A DNA stretch of 64,000 nt, taken from an uncultured Candidatus Saccharibacteria bacterium (GTDB lineage: Bacteria > Patescibacteriota > Saccharimonadia > Saccharimonadales > UBA10212). Positions 1-7,981 of this stretch are shown here, piece after piece. The notes beneath the pieces were generated by a model, which saw nothing but the letters and a program-made list of their open reading frames with translations, ran no database searches and was not told the DNA's origin. A program made the translations under genes and the position numbers. Every line of letters begins with the position of its first letter. Position 1 is the stretch's first letter. The DNA is taken from assembly GCA_964460855.1 (NCBI GenBank), contig CAYWQH010000006.1, forward strand, positions 3,232 through 67,231, read 5' to 3'.

Positions 1-332
1 AGCCGGTAGCCGGCCAGTTGGCCGTTGACGTTTATGAAACCCGCGAAAAGCTTATAGTTAAAGCCCGCACCGCCGGTGTTAACAAGAACGATTTAGACGT
101 GAGTATTTCTGACAATACGTTAAGCATCCGCGGCACATTGAGCGCCGGTAACGAAGACGACGTTGAGAATTACTTTGTGCAGGAGTGTTACTGGGGCGAA
201 TTTAGCCGCAGCATTGTACTGCCGATACCTGTTAAAGAAGAAGAAATCGAAGCCATGCTAAAAGATGGCGTACTGACGATTAGCTTTACTAAATTGAAGC
301 AGGACACAGTAAAGAAGATCCAGGTTTTATAA
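1..332 (+). CDS. Hsp20/alpha-crystallin small heat-shock protein; 5' end lies outside the window
   Basis: The frame is open from position 3 with no upstream stop. The translation (AVDVYETREKLIVKARTAGVNKNDLDVSISDNTLSIRG...FSRSIVLP...DGVLTISFTK) matches the alpha-crystallin domain pattern. Stop TAA is at 330-332, followed by a hairpin terminator. Confidence 0.85.
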   Translation, partial: PVAGQLAVDVYETREKLIVKARTAGVNKNDLDVSISDNTLSIRGTLSAGNEDDVENYFVQECYWGEFSRSIVLPIPVKEEEIEAMLKDGVLTISFTKLKQDTVKKIQVL

Positions 333-354
333 AATTTAAGTTTGAAATTATGGG

Positions 355-380
355 CACCCTCGGCAACCGGGGGTGTTTTT
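355..380 (+). terminator. Rho-independent terminator of hsp20
   Basis: CACCCTCGG (355-363), loop CAA, CCGGGGGTG (367-375), then TTTTT (376-380). Confidence 0.6.
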
Positions 381-403
381 GTATTGACTAACAGGGGTAG
401 ATA

Positions 404-619
404 GTGTATTTTAGCTGGGCTAGTGCAACCCGAGGCCGGGAGGCTAAGTTGGCTGGTTGGCAGGAAGATGCCCTGAAGACGGCAGTCAAGAACTGGAATG
501 ACGCCGGCAGGCCGCCGGACGGCCCAGTCAAGGCGTCGATGGTCACCGCGTACGCCAAGTACGAGCAGAGTATGCAGGCGGCCAAGCAGAATCCACACCC
601 CCTCGACTACTACACGTAG
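404..619 (+). CDS. Hypothetical small ORF (71 aa, GTG start); may instead be part of a structured non-coding transcript
   Basis: The ORF lies between a sigma70-like promoter (TTGACT 384-389, 17-nt spacer, TATTTT 407-412) and a strong hairpin plus T-tract at 675-711. The GTG start overlaps the -10 element and there is no SD, so coding status is doubtful. Confidence 0.2.
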   Translation: MYFSWASATRGREAKLAGWQEDALKTAVKNWNDAGRPPDGPVKASMVTAYAKYEQSMQAAKQNPHPLDYYT

Positions 620-634
620 GGCGGGGGCAATCAG

Positions 635-658
635 GGGAGGCCGCTTCGGCGGCCTCCC
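635..658. other. GC-rich hairpin with a C(UUCG)G tetraloop
   Basis: GGGAGGCCG (635-643) pairs with CGGCCTCCC (650-658) around the loop CTTCGG. Confidence 0.5.
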
Positions 659-674
659 GCTGGCCACACTGGCA

Positions 675-711
675 AGGGGCGGGCGCTACCAAGCGCCGCC
701 CCTAATTTTTA
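675..711 (+). terminator. Intrinsic terminator, possibly bidirectional with the pilin operon end at 715
   Basis: AGGGGCGGGCGCT (675-687), loop ACCA, AGCGCCGCCCCT (692-703), then AATTTTTATAAT. Confidence 0.5.
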
Positions 712-714
712 TAA

Positions 715-1125
715 TTAGCCCGCTACTGCCCGGCCGAGAATAAAGCGCACAATTACTTGGGCCAGGGCCACGATGATCAACCCGATAATCGCGTAAAGAA
801 TGGTGTTTTTAGCACTGGTTACATTGGCGCTGTCGCCGCCGCTGGTAATGTAGCGCAGGCCGCCGATGATTATCATAATCACCGCGACTACTCCGACAAC
901 AAACGAAAACAGGTTAATTACCGTAGCGATCAGTTTATTAACTTTATCAGAGGCAGCCCCGGGCGTAATACCGCCGCTGGCACAGTCGCTGCTGACGTCT
1001 AAATTAGCCCCGGCACATAAGCTGTCTTGAATATCGGCTTGGGCGGCTACCGGCGCGGCGGCGGCCATCAAAAACAGCATGCTCACCGCAAAAGCTTGTA
1101 AGGAGAATAGTAGTCGCTTAAACAT
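715..1125 (-). CDS. TrbC/VirB2-like T4SS pilin paralog 1 (136 aa)
   Basis: Signal peptide (MFKRLLFSLQAFAVSMLFLMAAAAPVAAQA), a short 2-Cys variable segment, then the conserved two-helix pilin core ...LIATVINLFSFVVGVVAVIMIIIGGLRYITSGGDSANVTSAKNTILYAIIGLIIVALAQ... Confidence 0.65.
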   Translation of the reverse strand: MFKRLLFSLQAFAVSMLFLMAAAAPVAAQADIQDSLCAGANLDVSSDCASGGITPGAASDKVNKLIATVINLFSFVVGVVAVIMIIIGGLRYITSGGDSANVTSAKNTILYAIIGLIIVALAQVIVRFILGRAVAG

Positions 1126-1168
1126 AGATTAATTTTACTACAACGAAGCGCTTGGCAGAAGGAGTTAT

Positions 1169-1624
1169 TTAAGAAGCGCTATTGGTGGCACGGCTGAGTA
1201 CGAAGTGGACGATGAACTGGGCGAAAGCGACGATTACCAAACCGATAATGGCATAGAGGATGGTATTTTTAGCGGCCGATACACTGGCGCTATCGCCGCC
1301 GCTAGTGATATAGCGGAAGCCGCCGATGATGATCATTATTACGGCTACTACGCCGACAACGAACGAAAATACGTTGATGACGGTAGCAATCAGGTCGTTA
1401 ACGCTATTAGTGGATTGGGCATCACAATTATTAGTGCTTACGGTGGTGCCCGGATCCGGGGCTTTTAAAGTAGAGCCCTGGCACAAACTAGCTTGGATAC
1501 AGGCATCGCCGGAGCCGGCGGTACAGGTAGTGGTAGCGGCCATAGCAGCCGGCGCAATTGCCAGCGGTATAGCCACGGCAAAAAAGGCCGCCGTGCTAAT
1601 TAATAACTTTTTGATTTTGTACAT
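1169..1624 (-). CDS. TrbC/VirB2-like T4SS pilin paralog 2 (151 aa)
   Basis: Signal peptide, a 4-Cys Ser/Thr-rich variable segment, and the same core (GGFRYITSGGDSASVSAAKNTILYAIIGLVIVAF). SD AAGGA lies 8 nt upstream of the ATG (reverse complement of 1630-1640). Confidence 0.65.
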   Translation of the reverse strand: MYKIKKLLISTAAFFAVAIPLAIAPAAMAATTTCTAGSGDACIQASLCQGSTLKAPDPGTTVSTNNCDAQSTNSVNDLIATVINVFSFVVGVVAVIMIIIGGFRYITSGGDSASVSAAKNTILYAIIGLVIVAFAQFIVHFVLSRATNSAS

Positions 1625-1688
1625 AAGAATTTTCCTTATAATTTTATTTTACTTATCTTATACCATAACTGTTAACCAAGCAAAAGAG

Positions 1689-2135
1689 CTAGGTGGTGCG
1701 GGACAGGACAAAATGGACAATTATCTGGGCCATTGATACCACCACCAAGCCGATAATGGCATATAAAATGGTGTTTTTGGCCGCCGAAATGGCGCCGCTG
1801 TCGCCGCCGCTGGTAACATAGCGGAAGCCGCCGTAAATAATCATTATTACCGCCACTATACCAACAATCCAGGAAAATATATTTATGACGTTAGCTATGG
1901 TGTGGTTAACGCAAGTTGTAGAGTTGGTGGATGTAACGCCATTAATAGTGCAAGAAGCTTTGCCGGTAGACTGGGTGCCGCAAGTTACGGCATCGGCGCT
2001 GGTGGCAGGGTTGTTGCAATCAATTGTTGCCGCCGCATGTGCCGATATAGGCGCTAACGCCAGAATAAATAAAGAGCTGAGGCCGGTAAGGGCCAGCGCC
2101 AGGTTTCTTAAATGCTTATTCATATTAATGCTCAT
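1689..2135 (-). CDS. TrbC/VirB2-like T4SS pilin paralog 3 (148 aa)
   Basis: Signal peptide, a 4-Cys variable segment, and the core GGFRYVTSGGDSGAISAAKNTILYAIIGLVVVSMAQ. The start ATG overlaps the stop of the upstream gene (ATGA at 2132-2135); an alternative start is Met5 at 2123. Confidence 0.65.
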   Translation of the reverse strand: MSINMNKHLRNLALALTGLSSLFILALAPISAHAAATIDCNNPATSADAVTCGTQSTGKASCTINGVTSTNSTTCVNHTIANVINIFSWIVGIVAVIMIIYGGFRYVTSGGDSGAISAAKNTILYAIIGLVVVSMAQIIVHFVLSRTT

Positions 2136-2536
2136 AATAACTGATCCGCGATAAATGTCGCAATAACTACTGCCAGCAGGCCGACAACCAGCCCGACAAT
2201 GGCATATAAGATTGTGTTTTTAGCGGTAGTGACTTTGCCGGCATCGCCCCTGGCTGTTATGTACATCAAGCCACCGCTAATTAGTGCTATCGTGGCGGCG
2301 ATGCCTACTACGTAGCCAATAATTAATGTGGCGGTGTGCAAAATGCCTTTAGGCCCGGTAATCGGGTCGGTTACCGGTTTTTTTGCTTCTTGGCAGGTGG
2401 TACTGTTTGCCGATGGGCCGCTGCACACCGTTCTAGTCGGGAAAAAGTTCCAGGCGGCCGCCGGCCGGGCAGCAAACAGCTGGCTCGCAACAACCAGGGC
2501 GGTAAATACAAAAATAAGCAGGTAAAGTTTTTTCAT
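2132..2536 (-). CDS. TrbC/VirB2-like T4SS pilin paralog 4 (134 aa)
   Basis: Signal peptide, a 2-Cys segment, and the core SGGLMYITARGDAGKVTTAKNTILYAIVGLVVGLLAVV. ATGA overlap with the upstream gene at 2533-2536. Confidence 0.6.
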   Translation of the reverse strand: MKKLYLLIFVFTALVVASQLFAARPAAAWNFFPTRTVCSGPSANSTTCQEAKKPVTDPITGPKGILHTATLIIGYVVGIAATIALISGGLMYITARGDAGKVTTAKNTILYAIVGLVVGLLAVVIATFIADQLL

Positions 2537-2847
2537 TTGGCCAACCCCAGCACGAAGTTAACGATAATGAAAGCCGAGCCGGCAATAACCATACCTATGG
2601 CCGCATAAACAATGGTGTTGCGGGCTTTAACGATTTTAGCTGGGTCACCCTGCGAAGTAACATATTGCACGGCCGCCAGCATAATTACCACCACGCTGAT
2701 TGCGCCGATGACACCTAAAACATAATTAACGATGGTCAATAAAGTCGACGAATCAGCTTTGGCATGGGGAATAATAATGTTATTGGAGCCCTGCAGCGGG
2801 GCGCCAAAGCTAACCGCCGAAATTAATAAACCGTGGAGCTTGTTCAT
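2533..2847 (-). CDS. TrbC/VirB2-like T4SS pilin paralog 5 (104 aa, minimal form without Cys segment)
   Basis: Signal peptide followed directly by the core (AVQYVTSQGDPAKIVKARNTIVYAAIGMVIAGSAF). ATGA overlap at 2844-2847. Confidence 0.6.
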   Translation of the reverse strand: MNKLHGLLISAVSFGAPLQGSNNIIIPHAKADSSTLLTIVNYVLGVIGAISVVVIMLAAVQYVTSQGDPAKIVKARNTIVYAAIGMVIAGSAFIIVNFVLGLAK

Positions 2848-3224
2848 CCGCCTATTTTAGCCCCTATAAACCTGACCACAGCCGTGGCAATTATTACGAT
2901 GCCCATGCCAACCACGGCATTAATAATACCGGTGCGGGCCGAAGCGGCCTTTTCGGGGTTGCCTTGCGAAGTAACGTAGCGCAGTCCGGAAATAATTATG
3001 TAAATGGCCGCTAAAAAGCCGGCCAGCATCAGCAGGATCTCGATTATGGCGAAGCCGATAGCCCATAGGTCGTTTAAGCCGTTAACGGTGGGGCTGCATT
3101 TGTGGGTAACCGGGTCGGTTTCGCTTGGCAAATATTTATACCAGGTGGGCAAACCAAAGAATGAACCGCCGGGCGCGCACGACGCGGCGAAGTCGAAAGG
3201 TATTTTTATCAAAGCCAGGATCAT
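2844..3224 (-). CDS. TrbC/VirB2-like T4SS pilin paralog 6 (about 126 aa; the ORF is open up to 3266)
   Basis: Core ...IYIIISGLRYVTSQGNPEKAASARTGIINAVVGMGIVIIATAVV with a 2-Cys N-terminal segment. Met at 3224 forms an ATGA overlap with the stop of the 3221-3988 gene, matching the coupling pattern of the other junctions. The longer 3266 start would overlap the upstream gene by 46 nt. Confidence 0.5.
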   Translation of the reverse strand: MILALIKIPFDFAASCAPGGSFFGLPTWYKYLPSETDPVTHKCSPTVNGLNDLWAIGFAIIEILLMLAGFLAAIYIIISGLRYVTSQGNPEKAASARTGIINAVVGMGIVIIATAVVRFIGAKIGG

Positions 3225-3988
3225 TGCAAAATGCCTCCCGGTATCAGCCATTGCAGGAACGCCCACATAAACATGAAGGCCAGTAAGCCGATAACTGTAT
3301 TCATGATGCGTTTTTTGGCATTGGCCGTAGCCGTTGGGTTATCGCCGGCGGTGCTGTATTGGATGCCAGCTATTATTAATGATATTACCGCGACAATGCC
3401 AACGCCAGCCGCCAAGAAGTTTATGAAGGTTTTAAGCAACTTAATGATCGGGCTGGTACTGACGCAGGCGTTGACGTTATTGGGGTCGTTGCATTGGGGG
3501 CGGGAATTCAGGCCGTTGGGTGTCGAGGTAGGGCTGGTTTGGGAGTGGGCAGCCTGCCAGGCGGCCAGCTGGTCGTTAAGGGTCTTGCAAGAATTTTGCC
3601 GGAAAGTCAGTTGGGGCGTGTCTTGGACTTCCAAAAAGCAGCCGCTTTTAGGCGTGCCGGTAATAGTTTTATTGTTGCCGTCTAAAAAGACCGTGGGCTT
3701 GGTGGCGCCGGGATGCGTACTGGTGCCGGTAAAAGTACTGCAATCCGAGGGGTCGGAAAAACCGGTGGGCTGCTTAAAGTCCGTGGATACATAACAAAGA
3801 GATGGTTGTACGCCAGCATCTGCCGGCGGTATGGCACCCGCGGCCAATACCGGCGAGCGCATTAAAACCGGCACCGCCAATAAGGCCAGCAGCAATACCG
3901 TAAACAAGATTTTGGAAGTGTTTAGTTTAAGCGTCACGAGTATTTTATCCTGTAAACAACTATATAACACTTTTGCTTTGTAACCCAA
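3221..3988 (-). CDS. TrbC/VirB2-like T4SS pilin paralog 7 with a ~150-aa, 6-Cys ectodomain (255 aa)
   Basis: Hydrophobic signal region, a long Ser/Thr/Pro-rich segment with six cysteines, then the core IVAVISLIIAGIQYSTAGDNPTATANAKKRIMNTVIGLLAFMFMWAF. It is the first gene of the minus-strand operon. Confidence 0.55.
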   Translation of the reverse strand: MGYKAKVLYSCLQDKILVTLKLNTSKILFTVLLLALLAVPVLMRSPVLAAGAIPPADAGVQPSLCYVSTDFKQPTGFSDPSDCSTFTGTSTHPGATKPTVFLDGNNKTITGTPKSGCFLEVQDTPQLTFRQNSCKTLNDQLAAWQAAHSQTSPTSTPNGLNSRPQCNDPNNVNACVSTSPIIKLLKTFINFLAAGVGIVAVISLIIAGIQYSTAGDNPTATANAKKRIMNTVIGLLAFMFMWAFLQWLIPGGILQ

Positions 3989-3993
3989 CCAAA

Positions 3994-4026
3994 TAAGAGG
4001 GGTGGGGCCAATTGTTGTACCCCTTA
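3994..4026. promoter_or_regulatory. Divergent promoter region with an imperfect inverted repeat (TAAGAGGGGT ... ACCCCTTA)
   Basis: Only 60 bp separate the divergent pilin operon (start 3988) and the VirB6-like gene (start 4049). The repeat AAGAGGGGTG (3994-4004) / ACCCCTT (4019-4025) sits here, followed by a TATAGT -10-like element at 4035-4040. Confidence 0.3.
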
Positions 4027-4048
4027 TGCTATGGTATAGTCAAACAAG

Positions 4049-6802
4049 ATGGTAAACAGAGCAAAAATTGGGACCTGGTTAGTCTTTGTTTGTTTTTTCC
4101 TGACAATAGCCGCCAACTTTATACAGCCGGCCACCGGCCATGCCGCCGCGATCGGCGCAGTCAGTTTAGCCGAAGCCCAAAAAGGCCCTTATAACTTTAT
4201 TAACCGCTCCACCATAGAAGCCCATTTGGGCAGCCAAGTTATTGATTTTGTAGATACCAACCCGTTTGACACTAATCTTAATTATGCCGCCCAAGACTAT
4301 ACTTGTGACGGCAGCATACAATTACACACCAGCGCCGCTGACAAGACCTTTCAGCTTGGCGGCGTACCGGGTAATTTTTCAGCAACATTGTCGATGACGG
4401 CCTGGGACGCCCAAAATAACTGTAATAGCAAAGTTAACTGGGACATTACCCATCTAATCAACCACCAGCCAACAACCGGTACGGGCGAAGCCTTTTATTT
4501 CCAGTGGGTAGATAGCGGCACCATTAAAGTTTCGGTGGGCATTAACACTAAAAACGAAAACGACGGCGAAACTTACCGGGTTATCAACCCTAAGCAGCCG
4601 AACCGCTTTTTCAGGGATTCCGAAAACGGCCAGGATTGCCAGGATTATGTAGATGTGGACGTAGCTAATAATTCAGGCAACGAGCTAAACTGGCAGTGTA
4701 ACGGCAAGAAGCAGGTCCAGGTAGGCGCTAACTTCGTTAATGTTAACTCTATAACGGACGGCGGCAAAAATGGCAAAATCGCAACGATTGCCAGCCGCCA
4801 GTTCTTAATTGGCGGCGTCCAAAATAAGAATAAGCCGGCCACAGCGGCCAACACTGGCGGGGCCGCCGACCAAACCTGCGAGTCCGAAAACCATACCGGC
4901 CTGGAATACTTGTTTTGCCCGGTGGTTAACGCCCTGGACTCGACGATTAACGACTTAAACAGCCAGATAGAATCGCTGCTGACATTTAAAACTTCGGGCA
5001 AGGGCAGCGACTTTGGTGCCGGCAACGAAATGAAAACGGTGTGGAGCGCTTTCCGCTTAATTGCCACATTGCTGATAGTTCTGGCTATGATGATAGCCGT
5101 TATATCGCAAACTGCCGGCTGGGACTTTATAGACGCGTACACGATCAGGCGGCTGCTGCCCAAGCTGGTAATTGCCGCCATATTCATCCAAATTTCATTC
5201 CCGGTAACGGTGTGGCTGATTGATTTATTTAATGCCATTGGCGCCGGCGTGGCCGAGCTGATATTCGCGCCGTTTGGCGGCTCCGGCCATGTTACGCTGT
5301 CAAATTTGCTGGGCCATAATGTCGGCGGCGCCCAGTCGTTGGGCTTATTCGCCCTAGTGTCGGCCGGCCTTTTGTTTGGCGGCCTGGTTATGAATATTTT
5401 TGGCGTAGCCGCGCTGGCGCTTACTGCGCTAGTGGCGCTATTCGTCGGCTTTTTGGTATTGGTGCTTCGGAAAATATTGCTGGTGGTGTGCGTAATTATG
5501 GCGCCGATCGCTATCGTAGCTTGGATTATCCCGTCGCCGGGCATCCAAAAATGGTGGAAGCTCTGGCACGAAACCTTCTTTTCGCTGTTAATAATGTTCC
5601 CGATTATTATGGCCGCCATAGCCGTGGGCCGGGTGTTCGCCTCGATTGCCGTGACCACACAGGGCAACGGCACCATCGTGAATTTCTTTATTATCGTGCT
5701 GGGCTTTTTCGGACCGTTCTTTTTGCTGCCGTCAATTTTTAAACTGGGCGGGCGGGTGCTGCAAACGTTTACCGGCTTTACCAACGATAAAAGCAAAGGC
5801 CTGTTCGACCGTTCGCGCAACTGGCTGGGCGACCAGCAAAAATCCAAGAAAACCCGCAAAGAGCGCGAAGCCCAAAGGCGCATGGCCACCGGTGATTACC
5901 GGCGGCGCGACCGGCTAATGGGCCGGCCGGCGACCGACCGGTTCACGACCGGTACGGTTCCGTTTGCTTCTAAATCAAACCGTATTAAAGCCCAAAAAAT
6001 TGGTGAACAGTATGAAGCTTTCCTGGCTGAAGAAATGAAAAGCGAAAAAATTAAAGCCGATAACGTTATATCTAACCTAGACCAAGACGGCCAAAAAGAG
6101 TACCGGCGCTTAATGCTTACCGGTGGACGGGGCAGCATTAAGGGCCTGGACGGAACGACCATAGATGTTGACGGATCGCACGCCACCGAAGCCCAGCGCC
6201 GCGTTGTGCTCGATAACGCTTTAGGCTTTAAGGATTACCAGAATGTTGACGAATATTTAAGAACTGCCGATGCTTCGCGCAACGAAACTATGCGCCAAGA
6301 AGCTACCCGTTTCCGGCAAGCAAATGTAGGCGAGCTAAACAAATCATTGCAGCACTCCCTTGTGCCCGCCAAGGTCAATGAAACAACTGGCCAACTTGAC
6401 GTATCTGCCGGGTTTGCATTTGCAGCCGGCAAGAACCCAGAGGCTATAGTAGGCATGAGCGGTTACGAAGTACAGAGTATTTTGGCGAACACCGAAGGCG
6501 CCGACCTTGAAAAGTTCTTAGCCAACTACGCGGCAGCCGCGTCCGGCAAAGACCGGCTGGCGCTTGACCAGGGAGGCGCCGAGGCCGTTAAAGCTTTTTT
6601 AAATAACGACCCTAATCAAACGATAGGCAAAATTAATGGCTCATGGGTAGATCCAAAAACTGGTATAACCGAAACTGGCAAGCCAAAAATTATTGGATCT
6701 ATTGATATGTCTAAAGCTGCCCGTATTAATCCGGATACACGGAATATTATTAATAAAGAAATAAACGATAACGGGACTATTGTACCCAGGCAGAACCCCT
6801 AA
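4049..6802 (+). CDS. VirB6/TrbL-like polytopic T4SS membrane protein with a large N-terminal ectodomain and a charged C-terminal domain (917 aa)
   Basis: Signal peptide, a ~300-aa extracytoplasmic domain, then 7 or more hydrophobic helices (TVWSAFRLIATLLIVLAMMIAVISQ ... FFIIVLGFFGPFFLLPSIF). A lysine/arginine/glutamate-rich C-terminal 300 aa follows. Position and topology match VirB6/TrbL of monoderm T4SSs. Confidence 0.5.
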   Translation: MVNRAKIGTWLVFVCFFLTIAANFIQPATGHAAAIGAVSLAEAQKGPYNFINRSTIEAHLGSQVIDFVDTNPFDTNLNYAAQDYTCDGSIQLHTSAADKTFQLGGVPGNFSATLSMTAWDAQNNCNSKVNWDITHLINHQPTTGTGEAFYFQWVDSGTIKVSVGINTKNENDGETYRVINPKQPNRFFRDSENGQDCQDYVDVDVANNSGNELNWQCNGKKQVQVGANFVNVNSITDGGKNGKIATIASRQFLIGGVQNKNKPATAANTGGAADQTCESENHTGLEYLFCPVVNALDSTINDLNSQIESLLTFKTSGKGSDFGAGNEMKTVWSAFRLIATLLIVLAMMIAVISQTAGWDFIDAYTIRRLLPKLVIAAIFIQISFPVTVWLIDLFNAIGAGVAELIFAPFGGSGHVTLSNLLGHNVGGAQSLGLFALVSAGLLFGGLVMNIFGVAALALTALVALFVGFLVLVLRKILLVVCVIMAPIAIVAWIIPSPGIQKWWKLWHETFFSLLIMFPIIMAAIAVGRVFASIAVTTQGNGTIVNFFIIVLGFFGPFFLLPSIFKLGGRVLQTFTGFTNDKSKGLFDRSRNWLGDQQKSKKTRKEREAQRRMATGDYRRRDRLMGRPATDRFTTGTVPFASKSNRIKAQKIGEQYEAFLAEEMKSEKIKADNVISNLDQDGQKEYRRLMLTGGRGSIKGLDGTTIDVDGSHATEAQRRVVLDNALGFKDYQNVDEYLRTADASRNETMRQEATRFRQANVGELNKSLQHSLVPAKVNETTGQLDVSAGFAFAAGKNPEAIVGMSGYEVQSILANTEGADLEKFLANYAAAASGKDRLALDQGGAEAVKAFLNNDPNQTIGKINGSWVDPKTGITETGKPKIIGSIDMSKAARINPDTRNIINKEINDNGTIVPRQNP

Positions 6803-6804
6803 TC

Positions 6805-7956
6805 ATGGCAGTATATAAAGTAATCCAGGATATCGAAGCCGAAGACAAAATCTTAGGCCCGTTTGGCCTTAAGCAATTTGGCTACGCCTTTGTGGCAGTG
6901 TTTTGCGCATTTATAAATTTCCAGTTTATCGTCCATTCGGACATCGGCCCGGCCCGATTCGTTGGAGTTTTAATGTTTATTTGGCCGATGATATTATTCG
7001 GAGTTTTGGCCGCGCCGCTGGGCGGGGCCCAGCCAACCGAGGTATGGCTGTTAGCGCGCCTCCGCTTTTTTTTGAAGCCGCAAAAGCGGATATGGGACCA
7101 AAGCGGCGCCAAGCAACTGGTTACCATAACCGTGCCTAAAAAAGTAGAGAAGCACCTGACCAAAGATTTTACCCAGTCCGAAGTGCATAGCCGCTTGCAG
7201 GCCTTGGCTACAACGCTGGACAGCCGCGGCTGGGCGGTTAAAAACGTTTCGGTTAACTTGTTTGCCGAGCCCGGTTACTTAACCGACACCAATACCAACG
7301 AAGACCGGTTGGTTGGTACCGAAAGCCTGCCGCAAGAAGTGCCGGCCATAGACGTACGCGCCGAAGACGACATTTTAGATACCCGGTTTAACCCGACCGC
7401 CCACCACGTAGACGTGCTGGTCAAAGAAAAAACCGAAGAAGTAAAAAAACAAACCATCCAGAATTTCAACCAGGCGATTAATTCCGCTGCTTCCCAGGAT
7501 AATGACAAGCATGGGGACGGCAGGCACCATAAAGAACGCCGCCAGGACAAGCTGCCGGCCGATAATTCCGGCGAGCCGCTGGTGACCTTTGACCGAAGCG
7601 TAGTCAGCCCCGGCGACGACCCCCATAGCCGTGGTGCGGCCAAGTTAACGCCGGCCGAAGAAGCCAAATTCACCAAATTAATGCACGAACTCAGCGCCCA
7701 CGACAAGCACCGCGAAAGCTTTAGCCGTTTGCCTAAAATCATGCCGCTCAACAAGCAAAGAGAGCTTATAGACCAGATGGACCGGATGACAGACGAACAG
7801 CGTACTGCTAAACTTAAAGAACTAGCCAATAATGACGATTACTCGGTGGCGACGATTGCCAAACAAGCTAAACGCGAATCCGCCAAAAGCGGAGAAAAAC
7901 CTCGCCAACCCGAGAAACATAATGATGATGACGAGGTGGTAGTTTCACTGCGCTAA
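6805..7956 (+). CDS. PrgI/VirB3-like membrane protein with a long disordered charged C-terminal extension (383 aa)
   Basis: The N-terminal ~110 aa (MAVYKVIQDIEAEDKILGPFGLKQFGYAFVAVFCAFINF..., two TM helices) resembles the PrgI family found upstream of VirB4 in Gram-positive T4SSs. The remainder is low-complexity, rich in K/E/D/H. Stop/start lies 2 nt from the VirB6-like gene. Confidence 0.4.
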   Translation: MAVYKVIQDIEAEDKILGPFGLKQFGYAFVAVFCAFINFQFIVHSDIGPARFVGVLMFIWPMILFGVLAAPLGGAQPTEVWLLARLRFFLKPQKRIWDQSGAKQLVTITVPKKVEKHLTKDFTQSEVHSRLQALATTLDSRGWAVKNVSVNLFAEPGYLTDTNTNEDRLVGTESLPQEVPAIDVRAEDDILDTRFNPTAHHVDVLVKEKTEEVKKQTIQNFNQAINSAASQDNDKHGDGRHHKERRQDKLPADNSGEPLVTFDRSVVSPGDDPHSRGAAKLTPAEEAKFTKLMHELSAHDKHRESFSRLPKIMPLNKQRELIDQMDRMTDEQRTAKLKELANNDDYSVATIAKQAKRESAKSGEKPRQPEKHNDDDEVVVSLR

Positions 7957-7981
7957 ACGCGGCGAAGGTGGGAGCTTAATT

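Noticed and set aside
188-667. 159-aa minus-strand ORF overlapping hsp20 and the structured region
   Set aside because: It overlaps a confidently identified sHSP gene on the opposite strand and is a GC-rich frame artefact.
420-700. Possible RNase P RNA, tmRNA or SRP RNA in the structured GC-rich region
   Set aside because: None of the universally conserved motifs is present (RNase P GGAAAGUCCGG/ACAGAA, tmRNA tag-reading frame with 3' CCA acceptor-like end, SRP GGAA/AGCAG domain IV).
4645-5889. 414-aa minus-strand ORF inside the VirB6-like gene, and similar long antisense ORFs (for example 10862-12441, 17482-17685, 19966-20436, 30667-31230, 42108-42572)
   Set aside because: They lie antisense within well-supported genes in GC-rich DNA where stop codons are rare. 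Their translations are low-complexity, and they have no SD or promoter context.
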